A stretch of DNA of 64,000 bases, from positions 1,380,617 through 1,444,616 of the forward strand of contig BDGG01000013.1 in the NCBI GenBank assembly GCA_001949185.1, given 5' to 3'. A program made the position numbers and the translations under genes. The DNA is from Ramazzottius varieornatus. Taxonomy: Eukaryota; Animalia; Tardigrada. The notes below the pieces were generated by a model that saw nothing but the letters and a program-made list of their open reading frames with translations, made no database searches and was not told the DNA's origin. Shown in pieces: positions 1 through 11,695 of this stretch (position 1 is the stretch's first letter; every line of letters begins with the position of its first letter).

Positions 1-4
1 ACAG

Positions 5-2345
5 GTTACCAAGCGTGAGCATCATCGTTCCTTTTCATAACGAACACTGGACGACGCTTCTACGGACAGCCAAGACGGTTCTCGTGCGATCTCCGCCGAA
101 GCTGATCAAGGAAATTATCCTTGTCGATGACTTCAGTACCAAAGGTACCTTTTTCTTTCTACCTCATGAATTTTTAACCGGACTTTGAACGGGAAAGGAT
201 GCGTTAACTTTTCCATTTCCGGTAGAGTTCTTAAAGTCTCAACTGGATGAATATGTTCGCGAAAACCTTCCAAAGACTCGCGTACTTCGAGCCAAGAAGC
301 GCGAAGGACTGATAAGAGCGCGTCTTCTCGGAGCCAAAGCAGCGCGAGGCGCTGTTTTGATCTTTCTAGATTCGCACTCGGAAGTTAACACCAACTGGCT
401 TCCTCCCCTGATTGGCAAGTTGTACACAAACTGCTTTCCATTCCCAGTTTCCACTCCGACTCCTCTTTCCAGAGCCCATAGCCTTGAACTATCGAAATGT
501 AACCTGTCCCTTCATTGATGTCATCGACTTCGACAACTTCGAGTACAGAGCGCAAGATGAAGGTGCTCGAGGAGCCTTCGACTGGCAGCTGTTCTACAAG
601 AGACTGCCGCTGCTGGAACAAGACCTCAAGCATCCAGCCGACCCGTTCAAGTACGACCGACGTACGCATTTCCCCCTCACTGGATACTAACTGCGTTTAA
701 TTGTCGTGCTTCACAGGAGCCCAGTGATGGCCGGTGGACTATTCGCCATCAGCAGCAAGTTCTTTTGGGAACTGGGCGGATATGACCCTGGCTTGGACGT
801 CTGGGGCGGCGAACAGTACGAACTCAGCTTCAAGGTGACAAAATCTTTATGGCCTTTATTCTATGTCTTCACGAGTATCATTTGCAGATATGGCAGTGTG
901 GAGGAGCGATGTACGACATTCCCTGTAGTCGAATCGGCCAGTAAGTCCTGTCTTTGCTCTGAAACCTCTCCACTATCTCCATAGGGGTTTATTCCTACTA
1001 TGACTGTCTAATTTCTTTCTTCTTTGCTTTCCAGCATCTACCGGAAGTTCTGTAAGAAACTTATAGCTTCCGGGACGAGGAAACATGATTCGAATTAGAT
1101 AGTTTTACCGAGTGGCGCATAATCTCAGCTAATAACAATGGAAACGTGCGCCACTTGACATAACAATCTGTTTGAGTTCCATTTTCTTACGTGCCATGTT
1201 TTTCTTGATCGGTGTAGCCATGTTGGTTTTTTACAGCGCCGTTCGGTGGTGCCGGTGTGGGTGACTACGTCAGTCGGAACTACCGTCGAGTGGCGCAAGT
1301 GTGGATGGACGAGTACGCAGAGTTTATCTACGATCACAAGCCTCACTATCGGACCCTCGACGCAGGTATGCCAGTAGAATTTGTTATTATTAAATGTTGA
1401 TAAGACCTCGTGGCTGCGGTTCTGCCTCCGAGTGAGTCTCTAACCACGGCACCATTTTGCAGGCGACATCTCAAAGCAGGTGGCGTTGCGGAAGAAGCTT
1501 CACTGTAAGTCATTCAAGTGGTTCATGACGGAAGTCGCCTTTGACTTGTTCGACCATTATCCACCCGTCGAACCACCCGACTACGCAACTGGAGAAGTAT
1601 AAAATCTATCAAAACTTTTGTTTGAAGTAAAATGGAAGGGGCAGACCAAATCGAGAAGATCGTGTCTCCGAGTGGCGCACGCACTCCGTATGGTTGGCTG
1701 CGAACGTGCGCCACTTGCAAAAACGATCTTCGCGAGTTTGTTTGCCTAGGTTCTCAATGTGCAATACTGAACAAAATGTTTCTGTTTTCAGATCCGGAAT
1801 GTGGCGAGTAATAAGTGTGTCGATACACGCTTCGGAGGTCAGAATCAGCGCTTTACGTTGGAGAATTGTCTCAAAGACAACTCTGAACATGGTGGCGAAC
1901 AGGTAAGACCTAGAAGTGTTCTTTGATCGATCTCTCAGACCGGAAGACTCATTACTTTTACATTTTCTGGTTGTAGTCGTTCGCTCTGACATGGCATAAG
2001 GATATTCGGCCAAAGAACCGAGCAGTCTGTTTCGACGTGGCGTCCAGTGAATCTAAAGCCCCGGTTGTATTGTTCAACTGTCATAATCTCAAGGGAAACC
2101 AACTATGGCATTACGTGCCGGTAGGACATTCGTTACACCTATGTTGCCGGTATTTTCCTGCGGCGTGCTTGTACAGCAGTATTACTTTTCAGGATAAGAA
2201 GCAGCTCTTCCATCCGATTTCCGGTAACTGCATGGACTGTGATCCGGAACGACGAGAAATATTCATGAGTAAGTGCGATACAACGAAAGATAGCCAGCAG
2301 TGGCTTTTCGAAAAGTACAATAGCACTCTGTTGGCCAAACTGTAG
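5..2345 (+). CDS. GALNT10: Polypeptide N-acetylgalactosaminyltransferase (GALNT10/pgant6 type), multi-exon, 5' end outside window
   Basis: Spliced exons give [21 protein letters not shown]...[28 protein letters not shown] (DxH), [22 protein letters not shown] and a C-terminal ricin-B lectin (GNQLW, QQW). Stop TAG at 2343-2345. Includes a GC-AG intron (416-471) and a 17-nt microexon (1035-1051). Confidence 0.93.
1111..1155. repeat. Type A inverted motif pair in GALNT intron 1052-1236
   Basis: AGTGGCGCA (1111-1119), 27 nt spacer, TGCGCCACT (1147-1155). Confidence 0.9.
1655..1731. repeat. Type A inverted motif pair in GALNT intron ~1598-1791
   Basis: AGTGGCGCA (1671-1679), 27 nt spacer, TGCGCCACT (1707-1715). 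Outer arms GAAGATCGT/ACGATCTTC. Confidence 0.9.
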
Positions 2346-2611
2346 CATTCCGATGATCCGATCTTTTGTTTTCGGTTTTTGTATTTCGAAAGTTTCCGAA
2401 AGCTACGCAGAACGTGCCTTTATGTTTTACCGTCTTTCCAATCGGTGATTTACTTCCTTGTTCCTTTTCCGTGTCTCTCCAGCTTCAGCTATTTTTGATC
2501 CAAAGGCATTTATGAATTCAAAATCTGTCCCAGAAAGTATTACATTGAAACATTTGGATATCAGATTGAGTGAACAGTACGAAAATTCACTGTGCACCTC
2601 CTGAAGCAATT

Positions 2612-3404
2612 TCACTTGATGCGGTGCATCTTTTGTTTGGCTTCCACTTGAGCAGTTTTTCGGTGCTATGAAACAACCAAGCTATCGTTCAGTCTACACT
2701 CCAAACCCATCGAGAAATAGGAAGCCGGCAAAAAGTCCCGGGACGATTGTTACCTCAAGCGGCGCAGTTTTCTTTGCTAATGGTCGGAAACATGCGCCAC
2801 CTGAGGTGATGATCCTCCGAGATTGTTCGCCGGCCTTTCATATTGATATTGTTTATTGGGAGGGAAGACTTACCTTGACCAGCTTGTTGTAGTCCTCGTC
2901 GAAGATGAAGTTCATCTCGAACTTCTTGCCTTCCGACGTCTCGAACTCCGTTGATAAGGTCCGTGTTTCCTCATCCCATTTGTAGGTAGTCTGGATAAAC
3001 CACAGTCAACGTATCTGCCAAGTTTCCAGAGAGGTTTCCACATACCGAAATGGTAGTGCCGGCCTTGTTCTTGGAGCTGGTTTTCTTGTTCAGCTGGAAT
3101 TTGACTTCCGTTTTCTGGCCGGAACTGGGGAGGGTGGTAGTCTGGACGTAGTCCGCTCCTTGTTTCGAGAAGGTTATTGTGGGAAGTAACGAGTCATCCG
3201 TTTGTTCTTTGGGTTCCGGCGCCGCGGGCTTCTTATCGCCTTCTATTTGTCCAACAAACAAGATTATGACTATGTTTGAACGCAACAAAATATTACGTAA
3301 AAAATCTTTTCCGTACTGTACGTACCTTCTCCTTCGGTGGCATCGGTGGGGACTGGCCTATCGTCGCTCCGGTCGTCTTGGAATGTGCCTAACCATTTTG
3401 CCAT
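2612..3404 (-). CDS. FABP/SAHS-like beta-barrel protein, 148 aa, 4 exons, no evident signal peptide
   Basis: Exons 3404-3326, 3242-3046, 2990-2874 and 2665-2612 join in frame with GT-AG introns of phase 1,0,0. Product: MAKWLGTFQDDRSDD...TITFSKQGADYVQTTTLPSSGQKTEVKFQLNKK...TTYKWDEETRTLSTEFETSEGKKFEMNFIFDEDYNKLVKHRKTAQVEAKQKMHRIK. Exon sizes and phases match the canonical iLBP/FABP gene layout. The strand pattern resembles tardigrade SAHS proteins (from recall, not a search). Confidence 0.8.
2753..2806. repeat. Type A inverted motif pair in FABP/SAHS-like intron 2666-2873
   Basis: CCTCAAGCGGCGCA, 26 nt spacer, TGCGCCACCTGAGG. Confidence 0.85.
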
Positions 3405-4696
3405 TCGAAAGCTTTCTTTCAATAAAGGAAGCTATACTACTCGTATCATGAATTGGAAAGAGGGAAGAGACGAATTTGCGAACCTTAAGCTGAATTAGCC
3501 CAGATTTGCGAATGTCCTGGAAAAATGAGAATTTAAAAGGAAAGTTTCAGAGTCAGACTTCTCGATGGATGTGCTTGTGCCAAAGCCGCTCGAAGTCTGC
3601 ATGGCGTCGCTGACAAGTCTGCTAGCGTCGGATGACGCTTGCGAAGAAATCCAGCGGTGCAGAAACGGAAGAGAGAATATTGCGAAAATAGTCGTGAGGC
3701 ATATCGAAGAAATAACATTCGTTGTGAGTCAGTAGACCACTGTTGGGAATACTGCAGAGCAGAAGATGCTGGTGTGTTCTTGCCATGCAGGCTGACCGAG
3801 CGCGGCGTTGTGTTTATTTTTAACCGACTAACACGCGATGACCTCCGAGAATGAAAGCATGCCTTCGCAAAGACATTCCAAGTTCTGTTGTCGGAAGTCG
3901 CGTACGTGCAGACATCATGCCGCAGTCTGCATTCCGCACTCCGGATACAGAATTTCGAAGGCCGGCTTGTTGGCTTCTGTCTTGTTAGCGATGGCCAAAC
4001 ATTTCCTCGGGTCTCCTTTGAGCTGTCACGGCGAACCCGAGCGGATTTGCTGCAACTACATATCCCAGGCCACGGCAAATTCGTCTAGCGGACTCCGTAG
4101 GTTTGGTCATGTCTGTGCAGAGGATGCACTGCCTTGCCGTGTATGATAGGAATGGAATTCGCAGGCCCGGCCACTTTAGATCAACCAGGTAAGACAGCTT
4201 TAACAATAGCGATGCACGTATGGTTTCTTCCGTCCACGGTCAACAAAAATTCAATGCAATGAACTTTGCCCATCGTGCGTCAGTATTCAAAGCTTGGTCA
4301 ACCTTCGTGGTCAACCTTGAAGATAAGTAGTGGAAAGTATGTTTGATAGAACAAGGCATACCGGCAGATGTTCCGATAATGCAGTTCGTAAAGTTCATCA
4401 CAAAGATAGCTCCTCAAACCCAAACCTTACTAATCGTACGGCTAGATACCTCGAGCCATGCAAAGCACGATATCTAGGTCTTCAAAGCGTCGTTGTTCCC
4501 GTACAATAGAATATCGAATTTGATAAGCCACGTGCGGCAGAAGGACTCATTTCAGGTTCGAGGTCGCCCGGTGGTTATGTATAACTTCATAGGGCAACGT
4601 TGTGAAGAGCTTCGGAGTCGCTGCGTACCTGGTGCTGGCTATCAAGTACCTTTTTCCATCCACACGTAACTTCTCACGAAGCGGGAAGACATCACG

Positions 4697-5970
4697 ATGG
4701 CCGCCTTCTTCAGCCTTGCCACCATTCTGGCTGTTGCCGCAGTTCAAGCCCTTGCCTTCCCAGCCGTGATTCCAGAGGAGGAACCTCTAGCGCTATGGCA
4801 GGAATTCCGCGAGGCCGTTCTTCCACAATTTACCCCGGTAAGTGCACAATGCCTGGTTGAGTTTTTTTTTCATGTACCTTACTGGAGCTCTGCAGTACCT
4901 TTTTGCAGAGGGCCCATGCATCGGAGATGGGAGTCACTGTGACGAAGTTCAAATGGTCCAACTGCGGCAGATCCAACGACCCAATTAGAATCATCAGTTT
5001 GGATGTACAAGAGAGTGAGTTGAGCAGGAGCTGCTGCAGATCGTTTTAATTCAAAATCGCGTTCATCTTGTTACTCTTTCTTTCCATGTTCTAGATCTGG
5101 TGTTCAGTATGACGGTTGACATCACGGAAACGATCACTGCACCCGTCAAGGTACGTTCCCAGTTTTCTTCATGCACTTTCCCAGCTTGTGATATGCTCTG
5201 TGCACATCTCCAAGGAGGGTGGTTCAATTCTTATCTTTCCGTACTCAGCTGGAGTGGTCAATCGCCAAGAAGATTGGATTAATCTACGTGCACATACCGT
5301 GCAGCATGATAGGTACGTCAGTTCTTCCGTCTGGACGGAATTTTTATATGACCGTAATTTTCATCGCACCGAGCTGAAGACATCGCCTGTGAGTATACCA
5401 CGAACTCGTTCGGCACTTGTGGATCCTTTTCTTTCTAGATATTCCTTGCGTGTATCCCGACGCTTGCAAGACCTGGAGTGATTTAATGCCCGTGTGTCAT
5501 GAAGACATTATTAACAATGATTTGCCCTGCTCGTGCCCAGTGTATCCGGTGAGTGTCTCTAAATTTACCAAATTCTATTGCCGATCAAGCATCATTATCT
5601 GTGGTTCACGTAAGTCTTCTGCAGGGTCGATACAGTGTTGTCGATTTGGACGTCAACCTTGGGGATATCAACAGGCCCAGGACCCAACAGACCTTCCAGG
5701 TGGACCTGAAAGAGTACCTGCCTATGGCCACAGAATCCAAGGCGAAGGTCAACGGTAAGTCACCTTGAGCAAGCATGTATTGCAGAGTTCGACCAACAAC
5801 ACAGGAGAGAACACGTTTACAATATTATGGTCCTGTACCGGAAGTGGTGATTCTTATTTGTTGTACCCGGTGCAGGTGATTACAAGATGGAGATCACGTT
5901 GTCGAAAGCCAAGAAACGACTTATCTGCGCTGCGACTCAATTCACAATGCGCTATAGTCCTCCTTACTGA
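4697..5970 (+). CDS. GM2-activator-like / ML (MD-2-related lipid recognition) domain secreted protein, multi-exon
   Basis: Signal peptide MAAFFSLATILAVAAVQALA. Spliced exons give FKWSNCGRSNDPIRIISLDV, IYVHIPC, CVYPDAC, LPCSCPVYPGRY, GDYKMEITL...LIC. Stop at 5968-5970. Confidence 0.8.
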
Positions 5971-6267
5971 AGTACAGCGAAAGATCCTATCATTCAGAAA
6001 TATGCGAATTCATGACCGCAATCAAGCCGCTGCTTGGGTTTTCCTCATTTGTGACGACCCGGTACGGCCTGGAGCTCGCTGTTGCTCTGACCTTGATGAA
6101 GCGCTTTGTATGTCATTAATTTCTCAAGTTTCACGGTTAACCTATCTTCCGGTGGATCGACGAGGGACGAATTATCACCACAATGTGATCCAGTAAAGTC
6201 GAAGTATTGCAACGTACACAGCAAGGAGAAAATCGTTATGCAAGCACATATCTTTGTTAACCAGGAC

Positions 6268-6932
6268 TAGTGATGTTCTAATATAGTAATATTATATTAA
6301 AGTAGATGATAGTAGATGTTTTGAGCATCTACTATATTTAGTAAACAGAATTGGGCACCGCATTCCAATATTTATATTTTAGTAGCTTGAAACTGGAAGT
6401 GCCATATTTTATTATTATTAAGTTGTCCATCATCCATAGTAAAATAAAGTTTAATACGGGTTAACGCTACCGCTGATTCGAAAAACTGGGTGATTTGCTG
6501 CGTTCTGATGCGCGTGCGTTGCCTTCTCGATGTGCGACCACGCCTTATAAAGTGCGCCACACCATGATGATGCCTCTACAGCAGTACAGTAGGGCTACTG
6601 CAGAATAAATACCCTTGAACATCGTGCACCTGCATACAGTCTGACACTTCAATCGGTCATGTTACAGTGTGCAGGTGCAGGGTGCAGGCTCTACTACAGT
6701 AGTTTTGCTGATCTGATGGTTGTGATTCTGAATCTTTAGATCTTCCGTTGAGCTCTCCGATATTAGAATATATATTTTAATAACAAACCCCCGAAAGTTC
6801 TACTATAGTAATATTTTATTAAATCAGGTAGACGTTTTACTACAGTAGTGGTCACTTACTAGAACTTTGATGGACGGCGGATATTTGTTTTTATTATATC
6901 AGATCTCATTAACCCATATTAGAACATCACTA
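6268..6932. mobile_element. Non-autonomous hAT-type element (MITE), 665 bp
   Basis: 17-bp TIR TAGTGATGTTCTAATAT / ATATTAGAACATCACTA. 8-bp TSD ACCAGGAC at 6260-6267 and 6933-6940. No ORF. Confidence 0.9.
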
Positions 6933-6987
6933 ACCAGGACCAACACTGAACACGCGCGCAATACGTTTACTGTTAATGTGTTACGTG

Positions 6988-9900
6988 TACACGCGCGACG
7001 AGATATTTCGGGCCAGTAAAAATTACGGGCCAGGCGGAAAAGACGGCAAATTTACCATTTGTATGGAAGTCAGAAACATATATCGGACAAACGACGTGTT
7101 CAGAGTAAAATTCTGCTGTAGAAAATTGTCATGGACAGCTGATCAGCTGTTTACTCTTTCACGCTGCTTTGCATGGGTATTCGACTTTCTCTCGGGAAGC
7201 TCTGGACTCGTTGCCTCGATATCCTTCCCGCAAGCGTTTTTGAAAATGCCCCAGCCTTTCAAGACCAAGCGGCATCGACAATACACCGAAGAAGCCCTGA
7301 AGAACGCTCTATCGGCTGTCGAGGATGGAATGGGACTGCGCGAAGCAGCGGTTAGTACTAATCTACCTGTGGTTGAATGTCGCCCCCCTGATATGACCAT
7401 TCGATAGATCTCGACGAGATCTATCGAACTGCATCAGCCGTTTCTGCAACAGTGACATCCCCTGGTAAAGGCTGGTGACCGCAACGTTAATTAAGTGTTC
7501 TAATTAAGAAAAATTGGCGCTGTCCATTTCAAAACTCAACACACACCATCATAGTTCTTGCATTATTGTCTGTTGACAATATATGCAAGAATTTTGCGGA
7601 ATGTTCGACTAGAACGGTTCATATAACGACTACCTGGAACGACCCAGGTAGTGGCTACTAGGTGTTCGGGAAGGCGCTTTTCTCTTTTTCAGGTAGTGCT
7701 GGATAATGGAGCCTTCCCTTGAGCTGATCCACGTCGTCAGTCCCCCTCTCGGGTTCAGCCAACGGAACCTCGTTCATCGCTTCGCCAACCATCGGTTCCT
7801 CGGAACGAAGACTGCCTCAGCCATCGTCGCTCGCAACGGTACCGGTCTCACCGCTCAGGAGCTTTCTTCAAGCAGTTGGCCTGTGTCGGGTGAAAGTCCA
7901 GTGCTCGGGAGGGAATTGTCGTCGCTGCTGGATGAGGATCAGCTGGGTGGATGGTGACCGCTTCGCCTTCGTCTGCACAAGCTGCAACGCCACCAAGTCC
8001 AACGTTCCTTGAAGGTCATCAGCTCGCCGACTGGAAGTTCCTGTTCATCTTCGCGGACATGTGTAACTGGCGCAACTACACCCAACGAGCCATCGCAGAC
8101 AAGCTTCATCTGGACAAGAACACCGTGTCGTAGTGGGCTGTCCGGATCCGTGAAGCTCTCGCTGTCCACAACCGGAACCAGCTGATCCAACTCGGAGGGC
8201 CAGGACGGATTGTCTACATCGACGAGGCAAGTACTCTTTTACACTGCTTGTTTCTCTTTTACACTACGGATTTTCTAAAAATATCTACTTGGTTGATGGA
8301 CAGTTGATTGTGAATGCCGTTTGACTCCCTGCATTGATACGTGTCTCCGTAGTCCTTCTAGAAGAGACCGTCCCTCAGTTGCACGTCACTCGGGTTCGCT
8401 TTCTGCTGTCTGCAATCAAGTATAAGATTTGAGTCTGACATATTTTTGTACTGGCAGGTTTTCATAGAAACGAAGTGGGGGTACCAGCGTGGTGACCGTT
8501 CCCGAGGACTTCACATGCCCGATCCGGAGACTGGTGATAAGTCCAGCGCCAAGGTGATGCTCCTGATCCTGTGCGAGAAGGACTGCGGACGGATCGTCGT
8601 CTACCGCATCATCCGCGCCAACCAAGAGACGATCAGGAAGATCTTCGTCGAAAATGTCCTTCCTGGTTCCATCGCGTATACCGACGAAGCCGCTGTTTAC
8701 CGTGAAATTCCGGAGTGGGGCAACTACGAACACGACTGGGTCAATCACTCAGAAGGAGGGTTTGTTCACTACGACGATCAAGAGGTCAGTTTTCTTTTTT
8801 TACCCGTCATTTTATTGTTTTCTTACTTTTCCGTGATTTCTATCTGTTTGCTTTTCTTTTGCAGTTCATCTCGTCGAACAAGGTCAAAGGGGTCAACTCG
8901 GCACTGAAGAAGTTCCTTCGCAAGCACAACGGTTTCGTCTTCAACCGCGTCTGGCTGGCTCTGGAGGAGTACATCTACCATCGCAACAACTCGGGTTCTG
9001 CTGCTTACGCCGACGTCCGGACAGTGATGCGCCATGTTTCTGTTGTTGTTAACAGTAAAACTCTTCTTCAGAACGGTCAATTTCATTCTGTTTACTGGGA
9101 GTACCAGTAGATGTGGAAAAAGTTTCGTGTTAACGACGCTCATTCAGATAGAAATGATTGTGACTGTGATTGGATTTTGCCTGAGGAAGACTTAGATCCT
9201 GAGGAAGATTAGATACTAATCTTCCTGTCTTTGTTCTGCATTTGAATCTCTTGTTGGTTTCTTGATGTGCCGCAAGTAAGTAAATGTGACTAGTAAGGCT
9301 GGTTCGGTTAATTTTGATATGCGGTATAATCTTACGGTTGATTGATGGTTGTTTGGGGTCGGTGGGGGGTAGGCGGGGTGGGGGGTAGCGGTCTCTCGCA
9401 GTGGTCATGGTGGGGGTTGGGGGTTAACGAGCAGCTAGGTGGGGGTAGCGTGCGCGCACGGCTAGCACGCGTACAGAGCTGGAGGCGAGCAAAGCGAGCT
9501 CCGGCTCCGTTCTTACGCTTTATTACCCCTGGACTAAGGGTCCCCATTGCAAAAACGGCTGATGCAGTTCGATAGATCTCGTCGATTCTGATCGATTCCT
9601 CCACTTATGGGGGGGGGGGAATTTTCCCCCAGAGGGAGTCATATTTTACCCACACTTTCACCGAAATGGAAGTTCTGACTTTCTCCTTCAGTTTTCTAAC
9701 TTCACCTCTCTAATACATGCCGACTGAACTCTGCTACCATCTTGTCGTCGGACATCAAGAGAAGGCTTGACGGGGTTGGCCTGGGATTCGTGGAGGAAAC
9801 TTGTTCTAGGATCAAGACTTATACTAAGCGCTGCTCTCGGATGGTCTGAGACTACACATCGCAAATTTTGCGTTGGGTGTCAAGGACATCCTTGTCGATG

Positions 9901-9990
9901 AGCTGGATAACTCAGGTAGTGTTCAGCGAGATAAATCACATCATCCGTCCAGGAATCAAAGGCTAGCGAGGATAGGCAGAAGCCCGAGGC
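6988..9990 (+). mobile_element. Degenerate pogo/Tigger-like DNA transposon relic, interrupted by the Merlin element
   Basis: Left end TACACGCGCGACG...GGGCCAGT...GGGCCAGGCGGAAAAGACG is shared with MITEs at 30942 and 37571. Exon 7246-7350 MPQPFKTKRHRQYTEEALKNALSAVEDGMGLREAA is a pipsqueak-type HTH. A decayed continuation (VKDILVDE...HHPSRNQR) appears near 9850-9980. Right boundary uncertain. Confidence 0.55.
7411..9585 (+). mobile_element. Merlin / IS1595(ISXO2)-family DNA transposon with intron-containing, inactivated transposase
   Basis: ~39-bp TIRs (TCGACGAGATCTATCGAACTGCATCAGCCGTTTYTGCAA) at 7411-7449 and 9547-9585. Transposase fragments: Cys-rich zinc ribbon, HTH (IADKLHLDKNTVS), GRIVYIDE, PGSIAYTDEAAVY, VNHSEG, NKVKGVNSALK, LEEYIYHRN. 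In-frame stop at 8131-8133, a frameshift near 8000, introns ~8227-8458 (GC-AG) and ~8785-8864. Confidence 0.85.
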
Positions 9991-10668
9991 GGTAAAGTTT
10001 GGGCGGCTAACCGTCATCTGTTGCGCTTAATCTACTACAACTAGAACAGCATGATATCGGAGCCTTTGTTTTACGATCGCGATGGTTCCTGACAAGGTTA
10101 ATAAGCATGCCGGTGGATACCGAGGTGTGGGATTGCAGTTGCTGGAGTTCGAGAAGACATCCTCAAGAAGATATCCTCCAACAGGAACGGCAGCGGAATT
10201 CGAAGCGCCGGAAGACAGCAACTCGACGAGTGTCGACTATTTAGCGGTCAGCCGATTGTCTGACAAGAGTTTGCGATCTGCGCAACCTGATGCGCTACCC
10301 GTCGAGCAGGAGGATCAGCATTGAGCGATCAGGCTGATTGCTTGATGCCTGATCGGTCGTTTTACCTTTTTACGCAATCTCTTAACTGTACTACAAGGTA
10401 CATACCCGTTAGAGCACTGAGCCGCAGGTCCAAAAGTACGCTGTAACTGTACTACGCACATTACCAGGTCGATGGCTGACGTTCGAATGTTAGATTTCGG
10501 TAGGTGCATCTGCGCGGTAGTCTATTGCTTTCTGCTGTATGCTGTGCTGTTCCGCACAAATTTCGTCAGCTCACGCGCTGCAGCTGTGCTGCAGCACAGC
10601 ACAGCTGCAGTACAGTGCAGTGCATGCGGCCGGATTCCGTGCTCTAATACCCGTGCGGCTGTGCCGTC

Positions 10669-11318
10669 TAATGATAAGCATTACACGTAGATGGTCCGTG
10701 TAATGTAAATTGTAATGTAAAATATTGTAATTGTGAAATTGTAATTACATTTTACACCAGTTTATATTTTACAAAGCTTAGTATAGATATTCAACGTGGT
10801 AATGCTGCCTCTGTTTTCGGAACCTTTTCTAGTCATAGAGGTTTGGAGGAGATCTGTTCTATTGTCGATGTCAATAACCGAGATTTTCAGCTGATCTGAA
10901 TTGTTTTATTGTTTTGAGGTCCGGTACTACCGGGCCTCTTTATGCTTTCGCAAATTGATTTACACAAAAAAAATTTCACAAACCGGGCGGTTAACAGTGG
11001 TAGGGAACGACGAGAACGGTAAACCAGATATGTCTGCGTTTGCATAAAATATAGATCTTACTAATTGTCTTCCAGAAGTAGATAAAAATACGGTTACAAA
11101 ATGACCATATTCAGGAGGTTTCTGACATTTTCGCACGTAAGTCAGCCAAATTTTAGATTTCCAGCGGCAAAATACTCAAAATGCCGCAGATTTTTGCTTT
11201 TAAAAGTTGTTATTTCATTTTACATTTACATCACAGCTTTCCGGTGGTTGTAGTGTCGTGTAAAAGTGTAATTGTAATGTAAAATGCAATGTAATGTAAA
11301 ATGTAATGCTCGTCATTA
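10669..11318. mobile_element. Non-autonomous hAT-type element (MITE), 650 bp
   Basis: TIR TAATGATAAGCATTACA / TGTAATGCTCGTCATTA. 8-bp TSD GTGCCGTC at 10661-10668 and 11319-11326. Subterminal TGTAA/TTACA arrays at both ends. Confidence 0.9.
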
Positions 11319-11695
11319 GTGCCGTCTGCGTATTGCCATGTATGTCATCTCATGTCATAAATACAATCCTTGAATTTCGGATCAGCTGATTGACTCTTGT
11401 TGACGTTTTACAGTATTTCTCCATCGCAGTTACAGTAACAGTATCGTAGACTGCAGTTTTTCGTCCATTCCCTTCTTCAAGGCTGTTACCTTCGCAAAGC
11501 ACTCCTCAAAGTAAACCATGCTTACCTTTTGAGCAACGTTTTTGACAGGAGCCGGAGAATCCTATCCGAAGAAGTAGGTGAGGTATTATTGTTGCTGGTG
11601 TATCTCTCAGTAACGCACTCGTGTTTTCATGCTTACTTTCTTACTCATCTAGGATTCAATTTCAGGGAAGCTTTGGTATTTCGGAAGTATCAGAG

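Noticed and set aside
1111-1155. Type A/B hairpins as pre-miRNA or snoRNA genes
   Set aside because: Stems are short with non-compensated mismatches, loops are 25-30 nt and divergent, no C/D or H/ACA boxes are evident, and copies occur in genes on both strands. Not fully excluded without small-RNA data.
3565-4150. Possible decayed gene (MDVLVPKPLEV...RLTERGVVFIFNRLT, BACK-like)
   Set aside because: It has internal stops and I cannot assign a family without a search.
7411-9585. Bacterial IS1595 contamination or recent horizontal transfer
   Set aside because: The transposase has spliceosomal-type introns and lies among eukaryotic genes, consistent with the eukaryotic Merlin group.
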